DNA of 64,000 bases, taken from the IMG/VR virus record IMGVR_UViG_3300045988_078601, positions 111,873 to 175,872 of that record. One strand, 5' to 3'. Within the stretch, counting starts at the first letter, position 1, and the number at the start of each line of letters is the position of its first letter. The DNA comes from a virus. Position numbers and translations under genes: made by a program. Shown here in pieces: positions 10,337 through 21,321 of the stretch. The notes beneath the pieces were generated by a model that was not told the DNA's origin, searched no databases, and saw only the letters and a list, made by a program, of their open reading frames with translations.

Positions 10337-10768
10337 TTAATAATCAGAATTTTTAGGTTGTAAAACTAATAATCCTTTATCTCTAAACATTTGTACGCAG
10401 GAGTTACTGTCTTCAAATACCATTAACACCTTATAATATGGTTCGATTTGTTCCATATACACGCGTTCTTTGTAATCAGCAGCTTTCGAATAATCGTTTC
10501 TATCTCTGGCAAATATTTTATCTGGATGTAACCAGTTATCGTCAAGCCACTTTAATGTAGCCGCCTCTTCGATGCCTTTATGTCTACCGGTAAGAACCAA
10601 TAATTCTACATCATATTGGTCGCAGTACGCTCGAATCATATTTATAAGGTCAGTCTTAGGTTCATCTTCTAACATTCCCTCAGCAGCACCTCTGCCATAC
10701 CAGGGCCTGCCCGAGGTATTTTCACTAATGGTATCATCAATATCAACAATTATTGCCTTTGGCTTCAT
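10337..10768 (-). CDS. HAD-superfamily phosphatase (possible polynucleotide 3'-phosphatase-like)
   Basis: N-terminal DxDxT motif IVDIDDTIS; ~143 aa. Confidence 0.5.
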   Translation of the reverse strand: MKPKAIIVDIDDTISENTSGRPWYGRGAAEGMLEDEPKTDLINMIRAYCDQYDVELLVLTGRHKGIEEAATLKWLDDNWLHPDKIFARDRNDYSKAADYKERVYMEQIEPYYKVLMVFEDSNSCVQMFRDKGLLVLQPKNSDY

Positions 10769-11144
10769 AACACTTTCTTAAATGGTTCTTAGGATCATAC
10801 CAACTACAGGATAATTGATAATAAAAATCTTTATTTGGAACGTCTATAGCTACTTCATAGTCTACTCCTATAGTTACTATAGTATCGTAGACTACTCTCC
10901 AGCCTAATTCCTTAAATACTTCATCTAAGATACTGAAATGTACTTGCCCAAAATAGAAATCTTCAGGATAATGGGACAAAATCTCTTTTAAATCTTCTTT
11001 TATACTTCTTAAAGCTAAGGTTAGATTTTCATGAGGGTTCTTACTGCCTATGTAATTTATTACAAGGTCACCTATCATAGGTGTCTGGGCAGCCTTTCCT
11101 AATTCATCTATTTGTTTTAAGGTTTCATTATTTAATACTATCAT
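10743..11144 (-). CDS. hypothetical protein
   Basis: 133-aa ORF. Confidence 0.3.
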   Translation of the reverse strand: MIVLNNETLKQIDELGKAAQTPMIGDLVINYIGSKNPHENLTLALRSIKEDLKEILSHYPEDFYFGQVHFSILDEVFKELGWRVVYDTIVTIGVDYEVAIDVPNKDFYYQLSCSWYDPKNHLRKCYEAKGNNC

Positions 11145-11379
11145 AGTCTTCCGTTGGATTATTTATTTCAACATTCTTATAATCAAATCTATGCCGTCCT
11201 ACCCAACTTCTCGCAACTATAGCAGAATTAGATGAGTAGAAGTGCATAGCTTCGTTGGGATCATCTGTAACCCAATAACACATTAATCCAGTTACTGGAC
11301 GAAACAAATGATCTATAGTTTCAAGACAGAAGTCTTTAAGATATTTGCCCTCTTTATTTTGCAATACTTTAACTATCAT
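11128..11379 (-). CDS. hypothetical protein
   Basis: 83-aa ORF. Confidence 0.25.
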   Translation of the reverse strand: MIVKVLQNKEGKYLKDFCLETIDHLFRPVTGLMCYWVTDDPNEAMHFYSSNSAIVARSWVGRHRFDYKNVEINNPTEDYDSIK

Positions 11380-12593
11380 TCCAAATCAAATCGAAATATT
11401 CTAGCCTTAGGCTGAGTAGGTTTTCCTTCATCTGAGTAATTGAAGAATGTACATTCTACCTTATGTCCAAGATATTTCTTTTCAAAATTCTCAACATATT
11501 CTGCCTTAGTTTCTCTATCGCCTACAGGCATAGCTTTGAATGTTCTACCATCTTCTAACTCGCAAATAAAGGTCATATCCTCAGAACCTCTTAATCCTAA
11601 TTCATATCCTACAACTTTAAAGTCTTCAGATTTGTATTGCTTAATTTTAATTAATTGATTTCCCCTAGACCCTGGCTTATAAGGTTTATCTGGGTCTGTA
11701 ATGCAAGCTCCCTCAAAACCTTCATTGACGTATTGATCATGCTCCTGAATCATATTATCCCAACCTTCAATAGGTTTATGAGATAAAACTCTCACAGGAA
11801 AATCCATTTCATCATCTTCTACAGACTTATACCCTGGGATACCAAATTTATATACAAGCTCATTAATTAAGAACTTATATCTATCCAGCGCAACCATATC
11901 GGGGTTGCTGGATACGTAGCAATCATAAATCCAGTATTCCAACCAATCACAGTCGTAAGCATTTTTCTCTAGTCTCGCTGCCCCACTAATTTGCTGAAGA
12001 GTTTTACCCCTCTTAAAAAGTTCTCCATCTAGAACTACATCGGGATGCTTAGAGAAGAAATCTAATAGGTCTGGGTTAGTTCTTAAGTGATTGGTAGCTG
12101 GATCGTAATCTTCACCTCCTCTAGATGCAGTATGAATCTCTCCATCCTTATAGTAGAATAGTGCTTTGACACCATCTAATTTTCTACTAATCATCCACTT
12201 CTTATTGTAGATTTTAGGATTAGTAACCTTCTCACTCTGCTTAGCTAGCTGAGGCTTTATTACACCATATTGGTTAGTCTTAACATCTCCGAAGATTTCT
12301 TCCAGAGTTTCAAGGCTATAGTTATTGGGATGCTCATCTACTTCTATGTAACCTTTATCTTTAAACTTCTTGACCTCACTATTATATTGTAAAGTTAATT
12401 GTTCTTTCCAGGTTCTTTTCTGCTTAGTTTTATCTACTACTATGGTAGGAGATAAGGTTGTCTTACCTCCTACTTGTCCGTAGCTTCTTTGTATAATGTA
12501 TCCATGTTCTGGTTCATGCCATTGTTCGTCAGTTTCAACAACTGCAAACCTAAATTTTCCAGTAGATGCTTTTCCTAAAAGATATGTAATCAT
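11376..12593 (-). CDS. ATP-dependent DNA ligase
   Basis: Motif I KLDGVK, motif III DGELF, motif V LIKIK; 405 aa. Confidence 0.85.
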   Translation of the reverse strand: MITYLLGKASTGKFRFAVVETDEQWHEPEHGYIIQRSYGQVGGKTTLSPTIVVDKTKQKRTWKEQLTLQYNSEVKKFKDKGYIEVDEHPNNYSLETLEEIFGDVKTNQYGVIKPQLAKQSEKVTNPKIYNKKWMISRKLDGVKALFYYKDGEIHTASRGGEDYDPATNHLRTNPDLLDFFSKHPDVVLDGELFKRGKTLQQISGAARLEKNAYDCDWLEYWIYDCYVSSNPDMVALDRYKFLINELVYKFGIPGYKSVEDDEMDFPVRVLSHKPIEGWDNMIQEHDQYVNEGFEGACITDPDKPYKPGSRGNQLIKIKQYKSEDFKVVGYELGLRGSEDMTFICELEDGRTFKAMPVGDRETKAEYVENFEKKYLGHKVECTFFNYSDEGKPTQPKARIFRFDLE

Positions 12594-12898
12594 TGCTTAC
12601 GAAAATCCTTAACAATATTCCATAGATCTTCTATAGTTTCTGTCGGTATCTCATTTCCGTTTTCGTCCCACATTTTTAATTCGGGATTAATTCTCCTCTC
12701 GTATACCCACCACAAAATATCATCCACAGCTTCTGGCTCAAAGAGAATACTTAGAGTGAAATCAAACAGCACGTTACCGTATTCTACTATATCCCAATCA
12801 AAGATACTCCATTTGATTGCGGCCTCAACTTCATCAATCCGCTTATTGTGGGTTAGGTTATCGGAGATTAACTTGGTAAATTCTTCTTGTGTAATCAT
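12590..12898 (-). CDS. hypothetical protein
   Basis: 102-aa ORF, 4-nt overlap with ligase. Confidence 0.3.
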   Translation of the reverse strand: MITQEEFTKLISDNLTHNKRIDEVEAAIKWSIFDWDIVEYGNVLFDFTLSILFEPEAVDDILWWVYERRINPELKMWDENGNEIPTETIEDLWNIVKDFRKQ

Positions 12899-12900
12899 TA

Positions 12901-13101
12901 TTAATCCAGATTAGAACCTCCAATACAAATCATTTTATCAGTTGTAATAGTCTCAGCAATTTCCTTGTTGCTATTCCAACCTTTCAGCCAATCTTCAGTA
13001 GGAATGTTAACAGCCATACCATTACGCATGTACACTGTAGTGGTACCATTTCCTTTATCTAACCAGCCATCTATAGCATCTGTTTTTATAAAGCCTTTCA
13101 T
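12901..13101 (-). CDS. hypothetical protein
   Basis: 66-aa ORF. Confidence 0.25.
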   Translation of the reverse strand: MKGFIKTDAIDGWLDKGNGTTTVYMRNGMAVNIPTEDWLKGWNSNKEIAETITTDKMICIGGSNLD

Positions 13102-13102
13102 A

Positions 13103-13465
13103 TCAATACCAAGTTTCGAAATATATTGTTTCGTTAGATTCTAATTTATCAAACTCTGGCAGCAGAGTATTTTTTACATAGTCTCGTACTTCTTGTACAT
13201 CTTCGAAATAATATTCATCATAATCAGTACATCCAAAGAAAAATCCACTCATAGTCGGGAGAAGGATTTTCGCCAAAGAACGGTCACTTAAGACTTTATC
13301 GCATCTATGCAATAGCTCCTCTGCATCTTCCTTTGTTATCTTTAATGGGGTTTGATTTGGTGTATCAAACCCACGATCTTCAAAAAACTTAACTAGGAAG
13401 TTTACTTTTCTAAAGTATCCTATTTCTTCAGCTGACTTCTTTGTGAAGTATATATCAAGTCCCAT
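13103..13465 (-). CDS. hypothetical protein
   Basis: 120-aa ORF. Confidence 0.3.
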   Translation of the reverse strand: MGLDIYFTKKSAEEIGYFRKVNFLVKFFEDRGFDTPNQTPLKITKEDAEELLHRCDKVLSDRSLAKILLPTMSGFFFGCTDYDEYYFEDVQEVRDYVKNTLLPEFDKLESNETIYFETWY

Positions 13466-13470
13466 ACAAA

Positions 13471-13989
13471 TTATTTTACTCCGCTGTGTCCAAGTCCACC
13501 ACCGCGATTCAATCCTATACTAGTTATATCTTCTAGGCTATGATTTTCCCATTCAATCTTTTCGAATTTAACCAATACAGCTTGAGCTATTCTTTCCTTA
13601 TCCTCAATCCAAACAGTCTCAAAACCGTTATTAATTACAATAACTCCCCACTCATTTCTATAGCCTGTATCTATAGTTCCAGGGGTATTTAAGACAGTAA
13701 GTCCCTTCTTAAGAGCTAATCCACTTCTAGGTCTTATCTGTACTTCATAACCTTCAGGAATAGCTGTAAAGATACCAGTCGGAATAAGTGCTCTACTACC
13801 TGGCTCAAGTCTTAACATAGTAAGATCGTGACCTTCACCTGCGAAGATTATCTCACTATCACCAAAAACTTTAATAGGTTTCTCTGGAGACACTCTACTA
13901 AAGTCTGCACGAATATCGCATCCAGCATCAGTAGGACAAGTATATTCAGGATTAGGATTCTTTGAGTTATTATAAATAGGTACTATCAT
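13471..13989 (-). CDS. dut: dUTP diphosphatase (dUTPase)
   Basis: dUTPase motifs IRPRSGLALKKG and GTIDTGYRNEWGV. Confidence 0.8.
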   Translation of the reverse strand: MIVPIYNNSKNPNPEYTCPTDAGCDIRADFSRVSPEKPIKVFGDSEIIFAGEGHDLTMLRLEPGSRALIPTGIFTAIPEGYEVQIRPRSGLALKKGLTVLNTPGTIDTGYRNEWGVIVINNGFETVWIEDKERIAQAVLVKFEKIEWENHSLEDITSIGLNRGGGLGHSGVK

Positions 13990-13992
13990 AAT

Positions 13993-14700
13993 TTAAAAAG
14001 TTTTAGGTTGAAATGTTCCATTATCTATTACTAAATATTGATTAATGCCTAAAGCATCACATAACCAAATGTGCTCTTTGGTGCCTACGATGCGTCCAAA
14101 ATCAATAATCTGTCTTTTAACAGGAGTATGCCCTACTACTTGATTCCATCCCTCTACATTACATGTACATAATGTTTCTGGACGTATCCAAGTTGGAGGT
14201 TGTGTAGTAGAGTTTCCATAACAATCACCTCCCCAGTTTGGAGTAAATCCGAATTCTTCCCTTAAGCCGTAGTCATTAATATTATGGACATCAGATTCCT
14301 TTAGGATTTTCTCCATCCACACTTTAGACACTCCAGCATGAGAGAATATAGTCTTCAATTCATCGTCTATATACACCCAATCGGTTAGTTTAGTGAATCT
14401 CATTAAAAACTCAGCACTACTCATTCCAAATGCAACCTCTCTATCATAACCACTACACTCTGCCCAATAATATCCTAGATGCTGTGTATCATGGTTACCA
14501 CGTAAGAGAATTACCTTGTCGGGATTTTCTTCCTTATAGTTAAGAATATCCTCTAAATTGGAGAGTTGTTGGTCTGCAGGAATACCCTCATGTGTAGATA
14601 CATAATCTCCAAGAAATATAACCTTGTCAGGATTTTCTTTGTCGATAATGTCACTCCATATTAAACGGCCATGAGTATCCCCAAGTACTACTATTTTCAT
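13993..14700 (-). CDS. calcineurin-like metallophosphatase (PPP-family Ser/Thr phosphatase or ApaH-like)
   Basis: GDTHGR...GDYVS...GNHD signature. Confidence 0.8.
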   Translation of the reverse strand: MKIVVLGDTHGRLIWSDIIDKENPDKVIFLGDYVSTHEGIPADQQLSNLEDILNYKEENPDKVILLRGNHDTQHLGYYWAECSGYDREVAFGMSSAEFLMRFTKLTDWVYIDDELKTIFSHAGVSKVWMEKILKESDVHNINDYGLREEFGFTPNWGGDCYGNSTTQPPTWIRPETLCTCNVEGWNQVVGHTPVKRQIIDFGRIVGTKEHIWLCDALGINQYLVIDNGTFQPKTF

Positions 14701-14865
14701 ACATCTATGCCTTTCTTCTTAGTAAATTTAACACTGGCTATTTTTCTATTCTTATAGCTTAACGTACTAGAGGCCATATTTTCATAATTGTCCTCAGTAA
14801 GATTAACCTTCAGTTTTAAGTCCCCAGAATTTACTAAAGACTTAAGTAAGGTAATGATTTCCTTG

Positions 14866-15135
14866 TCAGTTAATTCCTTCATTTAGATATGCTATTAAGT
14901 TATCAATTACATTCTCAGACTCAGAGTAAAAAGCTTTTATAGGCTTATCTCCGTCCATCACTATAGCAAAGGGATCCAACCTAGCACCCCAATAAGATTT
15001 AAGAGCCCAGGCTTCCTTCTTCCCCTTCTTTGATAAAGGGTCTATAAAATGAAAAGTCGAAGTTACCTTAGTAGTATCTTCGACTTTCTTCAGTTGTTCT
15101 TTATCACTGCAAACTATAAAAATATCAGTTATCAT
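14866..15135 (-). CDS. hypothetical protein
   Basis: 89-aa ORF. Confidence 0.25.
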   Translation of the reverse strand: MITDIFIVCSDKEQLKKVEDTTKVTSTFHFIDPLSKKGKKEAWALKSYWGARLDPFAIVMDGDKPIKAFYSESENVIDNLIAYLNEGIN

Positions 15136-15282
15136 AAGAATACAATAAATGCACCACAGAGTACCTCCAACAATCCCTCAAAAGTAAGGTAACCACGAGC
15201 TACCTCATATATCATATCAGAATTCATATATGGTAGTCTCTCTGAGATCTCGTCTTTATTTACCCTTCTTACCATTGAGAAT

Positions 15283-15810
15283 TTAACTATTCCCAGTATC
15301 ACTAGTATTATGCCTAGTATCTTCATCCTTCCAAAATTTATAAGTTATATCTTTGAGTGCGAATCGGTCAGGAAGTTTGCCTATTCTGTTAATCTCATAG
15401 AGTCTTTGATTAGTAGTTCTACTGTTAAGAGGGCCATATTCCTCTACATAAGGTCCCACTTTAATGTAGCTAAAATTCTTCAGGTCTATTTCATTAGGTA
15501 TTTCCTTCCTGCCACTATACCAAGCTACTTTAAGCTCTTCTCCTCCATAACAATACCAAACCATACCTGCCAATCTATTTACTTCTTCTGGCTCTTTATC
15601 ACCTCCCATAAAAGATATGCAAGTAATTCCTTTATTCTCCCTAATGAGCTTTTCTAATTCCTGCTCATTTAAAGGAGTCCCAATATCCTCAGCCAAGTAA
15701 GGACTATGACAGCCCTTACAATGACAAGGACAATTTGAGATATTAATGGCTAGTGTTATTTCGTCAGGTATTTCAGCAAACACTACCTTAGTATCAACAT
15801 ATTTAAGCAT
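15283..15810 (-). CDS. nrdG: anaerobic ribonucleotide reductase activating protein (radical SAM, NrdG-like)
   Basis: Cys cluster NISNCPCHCKGCHSP; located directly downstream of nrdD. Confidence 0.65.
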   Translation of the reverse strand: MLKYVDTKVVFAEIPDEITLAINISNCPCHCKGCHSPYLAEDIGTPLNEQELEKLIRENKGITCISFMGGDKEPEEVNRLAGMVWYCYGGEELKVAWYSGRKEIPNEIDLKNFSYIKVGPYVEEYGPLNSRTTNQRLYEINRIGKLPDRFALKDITYKFWKDEDTRHNTSDTGNS

Positions 15811-15963
15811 CTGTTCCCATTCTTTTATCGTTTTTCATAAACTACTGTAATATAACCACTTACACCTCTAGTAAGAGTCACGAAATTATACCCCTCACTA
15901 TCCATGTAATTCAAGCCTTCTTCTAGCTTTGTTGCGTCAGTATATACTATTACTTTGTACCTA

Positions 15964-18159
15964 TCACTCATGATTAAATTCCTTTATTCCGTTACTGTAA
16001 GTTCGTTTCTGTGCCTCTATTTGTCTATCTTCTCCGAATGATTTTATAGGTCTCAAATATCCAATAACTCTAGTATATTGGGTAATATGATGACTGTGGC
16101 ACTTAGGACATTCCTCAATAGGATGTTTTGTAATATATCCACAATCTTCACATTTACTGTTAGGAATATTAAATGTAAAATAGTTAGTTCCATTAGCTAT
16201 AGCAAAGTCTAGCAACTTAATATACTGCTCCTTGCTCAAATGGTCTTCCAAATTAATATGTGCAGCACTACCACCATCGGTATACTGATAAGTCTGTCTA
16301 CCATGAAGTATAAACTTATCTAGTACAGAGGTATCATCGTGAGCATCATAGAAATAGGAATTATATAGATTTTCATCTTCTGGAACCCAATATCCATCTT
16401 CTTTATCCCATCTATAGTTCTTTCCACCAAGACCTTCAGCGGGAACTACTTCAGAGTTAAATAAGAACGGACGTCTACGACTGTTTATAGAGTTTTTCTT
16501 GTTTTGCTCTTTAACAGTACCAAGAACTAATTGAAGAAATTCAATATATTCTTTGTTATTTCCAACAGTAAGACCTAAAAATCTTGCAGCTTCATTTAAT
16601 CCATTCAATCCTATAGTGCTATAAAGTTTACTGATATGAATATATCCTCCATTAGAAGAGGTAAACATTCCTTGATCCTCAGCCTCATAAAGCATAGTCT
16701 TATATGCAATATGATACTTATAAACTCTATTTAATATCTTAGTTATATACCCCTTCAATCCAATGTTAGGGTTTTCGTTAAATACTACACTCATAGGATC
16801 TTCTCTTTCTCTCGGACCATCTTGAGTTTTCCACCAATCCTGAACGATTCTATTGATGTTAAGTGTTATAACATTACAAGAACCGGTCATAACTCCAGTA
16901 AGACCGGATGTAGGACTGAATGTATTTTCTGCCAGCTCATTTCTTAACCGGCAACAAGATGCAAGACTATCTGCACTATCTGATATATAAGTAAAGAATG
17001 AATGACCTTCTGCATACATTTCAGCAGTAAAGTCCTTATAATCCTTATCTATAATATCATTAGTTTCAGGATCATATACCATTGCCATAGTTTCTACAGG
17101 GAAGGTTAGAATTTGTTTTGTTCTTAATTTGTTAAAGAACTTCATAAACAATCTCTGCAAAACATCTATAGCAGGCCACTCTGGTTTAGTACCATCAGGA
17201 TAATAAAACTCTCCAAATAGAGAGGTAAAGTATGTATGGTCATAGTATGACACATTTGTAAATGGAGATTGATAACTACGGTTTCCAGCTGGCTGGTTAA
17301 CACCATAGATAAATTGTTTAAATGCTTTATAAATAGCATCGCGAACAGTTCTCTCTTTACTACAAACTTTTGTGGTAGTAACATCATCTAGATGATTATA
17401 CCAGTTCGGTCCAAATTCCTGAATGATATAAAAGTTCAGAGCGATAAAATACTCTCCTAAAGCTACAGCACCTTTACATTGAGATGACAGTAGGAATACT
17501 AAGTTCGTAACCTGACCACTAAATGACTGTAGATCGTTAGGTGGTTCAGGAGTAATACCGTCAATATTTCCTACACCTTCAGTCATAAGTGGATATAGAC
17601 TAACTGCCATACAATACTGTTTCAAAACAGGGGTTGTAGCCTCATCATGAGTATAAATGATATGATTATCCAAATCCTTCTCATATTGCTTAGCGACTTC
17701 GGGGAATAGTTCATACAGCTTATCTTTCATTCGCTGTCTTTGAATATTTCTATTCTTAGTCTTAAAAACTTCTCCCTCAAGGTTTGCAGCATTCTTCATA
17801 GTTACATTAGCGTTTGCGTCTGTTTCACTTGATGTAGCTGCATTGTCAGAAGACTGACTATACTTGTTCATATAGTCTAATCTCTCTCGTATAAATCTAT
17901 CCTCACTATGGGATGCTCTATATAGAATATAAGATTTTGCAACTTCTGGAAAATCCCAATCCATTAAGAGTTCTTCAACTTGGTCTTGAATGTCCTCTAC
18001 ACTTATTTCATCCCAAATAGAGACTTCTTTCGCAATATCTTTTACAACTCCTTCGTAGTCCTCTAGACCACAAGACAAGAACGCCTTTTGCATAGCATTT
18101 TCTATTCTGCTAATGTCAAAAGGCACCAAATTACCGTTACGTTTCTTTACTCTAATCAT
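15964..18159 (-). CDS. nrdD: anaerobic ribonucleoside-triphosphate reductase (class III)
   Basis: 731 aa; C-terminal glycyl-radical motif TRVIGYLRP; Zn ribbon CEDCGY...CPKCHS. Confidence 0.9.
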   Translation of the reverse strand: MIRVKKRNGNLVPFDISRIENAMQKAFLSCGLEDYEGVVKDIAKEVSIWDEISVEDIQDQVEELLMDWDFPEVAKSYILYRASHSEDRFIRERLDYMNKYSQSSDNAATSSETDANANVTMKNAANLEGEVFKTKNRNIQRQRMKDKLYELFPEVAKQYEKDLDNHIIYTHDEATTPVLKQYCMAVSLYPLMTEGVGNIDGITPEPPNDLQSFSGQVTNLVFLLSSQCKGAVALGEYFIALNFYIIQEFGPNWYNHLDDVTTTKVCSKERTVRDAIYKAFKQFIYGVNQPAGNRSYQSPFTNVSYYDHTYFTSLFGEFYYPDGTKPEWPAIDVLQRLFMKFFNKLRTKQILTFPVETMAMVYDPETNDIIDKDYKDFTAEMYAEGHSFFTYISDSADSLASCCRLRNELAENTFSPTSGLTGVMTGSCNVITLNINRIVQDWWKTQDGPREREDPMSVVFNENPNIGLKGYITKILNRVYKYHIAYKTMLYEAEDQGMFTSSNGGYIHISKLYSTIGLNGLNEAARFLGLTVGNNKEYIEFLQLVLGTVKEQNKKNSINSRRRPFLFNSEVVPAEGLGGKNYRWDKEDGYWVPEDENLYNSYFYDAHDDTSVLDKFILHGRQTYQYTDGGSAAHINLEDHLSKEQYIKLLDFAIANGTNYFTFNIPNSKCEDCGYITKHPIEECPKCHSHHITQYTRVIGYLRPIKSFGEDRQIEAQKRTYSNGIKEFNHE

Positions 18160-18218
18160 ATATTCATATTATGCGTTAATCGTACAAATATAATAAAAAA
18201 TATCTAGAATTCCAAATC

Positions 18219-19025
18219 TTATGATAATCCTAAAATATCTTTCAAGAGTAAAGTTTTCTCGGCCTTATTCATGATATCCCTAGTATCTACATTAGTTATT
18301 AGGTCAGTGAATGCGTTGTACACATTAAAAGCTGTAGTAGATTGACCAGGTTGTACAAAGTATGGAGAATCCTTTTTCTCATATAACAACTTATAAGCAT
18401 CAATAGCTACACTAGTAGCAATCTTTACTTTCCCGTAACCAGTGTCATATGAGGAATTTAAGGTACGTCTTACCCACAATCCAAGATTCTCATTTATCGA
18501 CGTTTCGTCATAGGGTACATCAGTATTAGATAGCTTTTCTAGCCATGCCTTAATATCAGATGTTTGTTCCATTAGAGGTTGAATACACTTTAGACTTATA
18601 GGTCGCTCTGGTTCCAATTCCTGAACATTCAGGAATGAAGGATTAAATACGCATAAATTTAGACAAGCCATATTAAGGGCTCCTCTATATATCTTAGCTA
18701 CAGGCTTTCTTGTATCAAGCCCATATACTAAACCTATCACTTCCTGATGATTGTCAAAACTGTATTCCTCTGGCATAATAGCCTGAATCCATACTCTATT
18801 GAATACAGTATCCTCTAAATTCAAGTCTTCTTTCTTTGTTAAGCTCATTTGGTCAGGTAGCTTAGCCTGGATCTCAAAGTTATTTGTAAACTTTGACATC
18901 TTTTCTAGAAATGGTGTTACATACGCCTCTGTATTAAAATATTCTTTTCCTTTAATTACCGTAGCCTTGCCTTTCAGCAATTCGTCAATTGTCAATTTCA
19001 TTAGATATATCAGATAAGTTATCAA
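18219..19025 (-). CDS. hypothetical protein
   Basis: 268-aa ORF. Confidence 0.35.
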   Translation of the reverse strand: MITYLIYLMKLTIDELLKGKATVIKGKEYFNTEAYVTPFLEKMSKFTNNFEIQAKLPDQMSLTKKEDLNLEDTVFNRVWIQAIMPEEYSFDNHQEVIGLVYGLDTRKPVAKIYRGALNMACLNLCVFNPSFLNVQELEPERPISLKCIQPLMEQTSDIKAWLEKLSNTDVPYDETSINENLGLWVRRTLNSSYDTGYGKVKIATSVAIDAYKLLYEKKDSPYFVQPGQSTTAFNVYNAFTDLITNVDTRDIMNKAEKTLLLKDILGLS

Positions 19026-19380
19026 AGAAATTTATCTCCTCTGTTCTTACTCCTACATAATCATCCTCTTGATAGAAATATTTCTCCACAGCATCTTCTA
19101 TATCTTCTGCCTTACGATCTGGAAATAAAAATAACAATCCGTCTAGAATGTCTTCAAAGTATTTTCCAGTCTCTTCCTCATATTCTGCCAGCTTCTCATA
19201 CATCTCATCCCACTCATCATATGAAATATTAATGTGCTTAGAATGAGATTCCTCTACCTTATTTTTAAGGGCATCTGCTAATTCTGGTGTTGAACAGACT
19301 CCCAGGATACGCTCCCAGGAGTCTTCCCATTCACCACCGTATTCAATAACAGCATAGACTTTAGAGTGGTATGTCATCAA
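18985..19380 (-). CDS. hypothetical acidic protein
   Basis: 131-aa ORF. Confidence 0.3.
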   Translation of the reverse strand: MMTYHSKVYAVIEYGGEWEDSWERILGVCSTPELADALKNKVEESHSKHINISYDEWDEMYEKLAEYEEETGKYFEDILDGLLFLFPDRKAEDIEDAVEKYFYQEDDYVGVRTEEINFFDNLSDISNEIDN

Positions 19381-19639
19381 AGCCTGCGTCTAAACCGTGA
19401 GTCTCTGGATCTAGCTTGTAGCCGATAATTTCGTCTACTATCTCCTTTTCCTGGATTTTATCCTCGGCAACATTGTCTTGACCCTTCAAATATTCATCAA
19501 GTTCCTTACGAGTAATACCTTCTAATGCCATACACTGAGCCTTAGATAAATATTGTGTTCCTTTATACACAATAGGCTTAGCGTTTTTGTTAGGTTTGTA
19601 ATTCTCAAAGCTGTAAAATTTCTTAAGATTCTTGTTCAT
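19361..19639 (-). CDS. hypothetical protein
   Basis: 92-aa ORF. Confidence 0.3.
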   Translation of the reverse strand: MNKNLKKFYSFENYKPNKNAKPIVYKGTQYLSKAQCMALEGITRKELDEYLKGQDNVAEDKIQEKEIVDEIIGYKLDPETHGLDAGFDDIPL

Positions 19640-19650
19640 ATTAGTAAAAA

Positions 19651-21213
19651 TTAAAGATTTTCAAATGTTCCTCTCAACAGATTGCCTCCTATAAAGGCAT
19701 CATAAGACAATCCATAAGAGTTTCTACCAAAATTATAGTTAGCATAATCTGAAGCACCGAAAAGACTAAGAACATTTCTATAGTCTAATCTCTTGCAAGA
19801 GTTTATTGAGTTAGAATGCAAATCACCTTTTATAAAGTGAACCTTATCTTGGTGAATGCCGTGATCATGTAACCACTCATATAACATAACCTTAGATTTA
19901 TCATCCAAGTTTAAAGGCAACCCCTTCTTCATATACTGGTCATCTTTTCCATGACAGCAGACGAAGGTCTCATCATTTTGAGTAAATACTCCAAAGAACT
20001 CTTCCCATAAGGTAGTTGTAATTTCAGGGAATTGTGCATTAATTAAAGCCAGTAAAGCTTTATTGCACATATATTCAAAATTTCCACCATGATTACCACA
20101 TGGGACAGAATACACATTTATCTTGGAGCATAATCCGTTTTCTTTAGCAGCCAGAGTTCTTATAAACCATAACATCAGCTCTATATATTTATTGGCTTGC
20201 TCTCTGGCATCCATATTTTCAGGCATGTCATGGTCTAATCTTGCTGTCTTTCCATAAATACCAGTACAGTCTACATTATCACCCATAAGGACTAAGTTAA
20301 CTGTATCGAAGTGTCCAAAACTACTTAGTTTACGCAGGACTTCAGAAAGTCTTCTCTGTGCTTCTTCAAAACCATATGATACGTTTTCACCATACATAGG
20401 TCCGGAGGTAACCGTAGCTCCGAGATGTAAATCAGCAATATATAGGTTAATATTCTGATTAGACTCTGGAAGCTTTTCGAGAATAGTAGGCTGTATACCT
20501 TCTGGGATAGAAACAACAAAACTAGATGCAGCTTTTAACTGTTTCTTTAATTCGATGTTCTCTTGAGCATACTTCTTTAAAAGTTTCTCGTTATTTTTAA
20601 TTTGGTCCTCTTCAGCCTTTCTAAGGAAACTGTTTTCCTTCTCTCTCAGTTGAATTTCTCTCAATTCCTCCTCTGAATATTCCTCTATCATATGAGGAGC
20701 AAATGGGGCAGAAGCCTTTGTAATATTAAAGGCTCTCAAAATTCTCTTAAAGTCTACTAGAGATAAATCAACAAAATGTCTCGACACAACTCTCTGAGTT
20801 AATGAATCACCATAGTATGAATACAACCTGTGAATCGTATTCATCTCTTCTCTAGTCAATCTTCCTGTAAGCGGATTTTTGTTTCTGCGGTATATCTGGT
20901 ATGCATAATACCTAATTCTTTGCTTATCGTCTCTAATATACGATGTTTCAGCAACGTCATCTGTCTCAACCTCCTCGGCATTTAGTGGCACTTCCCGTCC
21001 TACATTGTGTTTACCAGTTACCTCATTGTAGAGGGAAAGGAGAACCCTTACTTCTTCTGTTTCTTCTTCGTGTTGTCTTTTGAGTGCCGAGATAGTGTTT
21101 ACAATACTATTATAGCTGAGATTATTTTCAGCACAAAAGGCACTAAGTTTTTTCCCACTTTCTTTTACTGCAAGTAGGATATTCGTGTACTTCTTTACAG
21201 TAGACTGTTTCAT
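19651..21213 (-). CDS. metallophosphoesterase-domain protein with N-terminal coiled-coil region
   Basis: C-terminal half has DLHLGAT...LMGDNVD...GNHG calcineurin-like motifs; 520 aa. Confidence 0.55.
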   Translation of the reverse strand: MKQSTVKKYTNILLAVKESGKKLSAFCAENNLSYNSIVNTISALKRQHEEETEEVRVLLSLYNEVTGKHNVGREVPLNAEEVETDDVAETSYIRDDKQRIRYYAYQIYRRNKNPLTGRLTREEMNTIHRLYSYYGDSLTQRVVSRHFVDLSLVDFKRILRAFNITKASAPFAPHMIEEYSEEELREIQLREKENSFLRKAEEDQIKNNEKLLKKYAQENIELKKQLKAASSFVVSIPEGIQPTILEKLPESNQNINLYIADLHLGATVTSGPMYGENVSYGFEEAQRRLSEVLRKLSSFGHFDTVNLVLMGDNVDCTGIYGKTARLDHDMPENMDAREQANKYIELMLWFIRTLAAKENGLCSKINVYSVPCGNHGGNFEYMCNKALLALINAQFPEITTTLWEEFFGVFTQNDETFVCCHGKDDQYMKKGLPLNLDDKSKVMLYEWLHDHGIHQDKVHFIKGDLHSNSINSCKRLDYRNVLSLFGASDYANYNFGRNSYGLSYDAFIGGNLLRGTFENL

Positions 21214-21261
21214 TATTTTTAATTGATTTATTCAATTTGAGATTAAGTTGTTACACCGTTA

Positions 21262-21299
21262 TAAAAAAAAAACAGGCGACTATCATTTAGATAGCCGCC
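21262..21299 (-). terminator. rho-independent terminator downstream of 21322..21873
   Basis: On the minus strand, hairpin GGCGGCTATC-taaat-GATAGTCGCC followed by T10. Confidence 0.6.
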
Positions 21300-21321
21300 T
21301 TGAAATTATAAAAGATAAAAA

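Noticed and set aside
17166-17387. Internal alternate-frame minus ORFs (17166..17387 in nrdD, 20325..20519, 44234..44419, 52338..52685, 59802..59987, 2610..2927)
   Set aside because: Overlap well-supported genes in another frame; no start context; likely spurious
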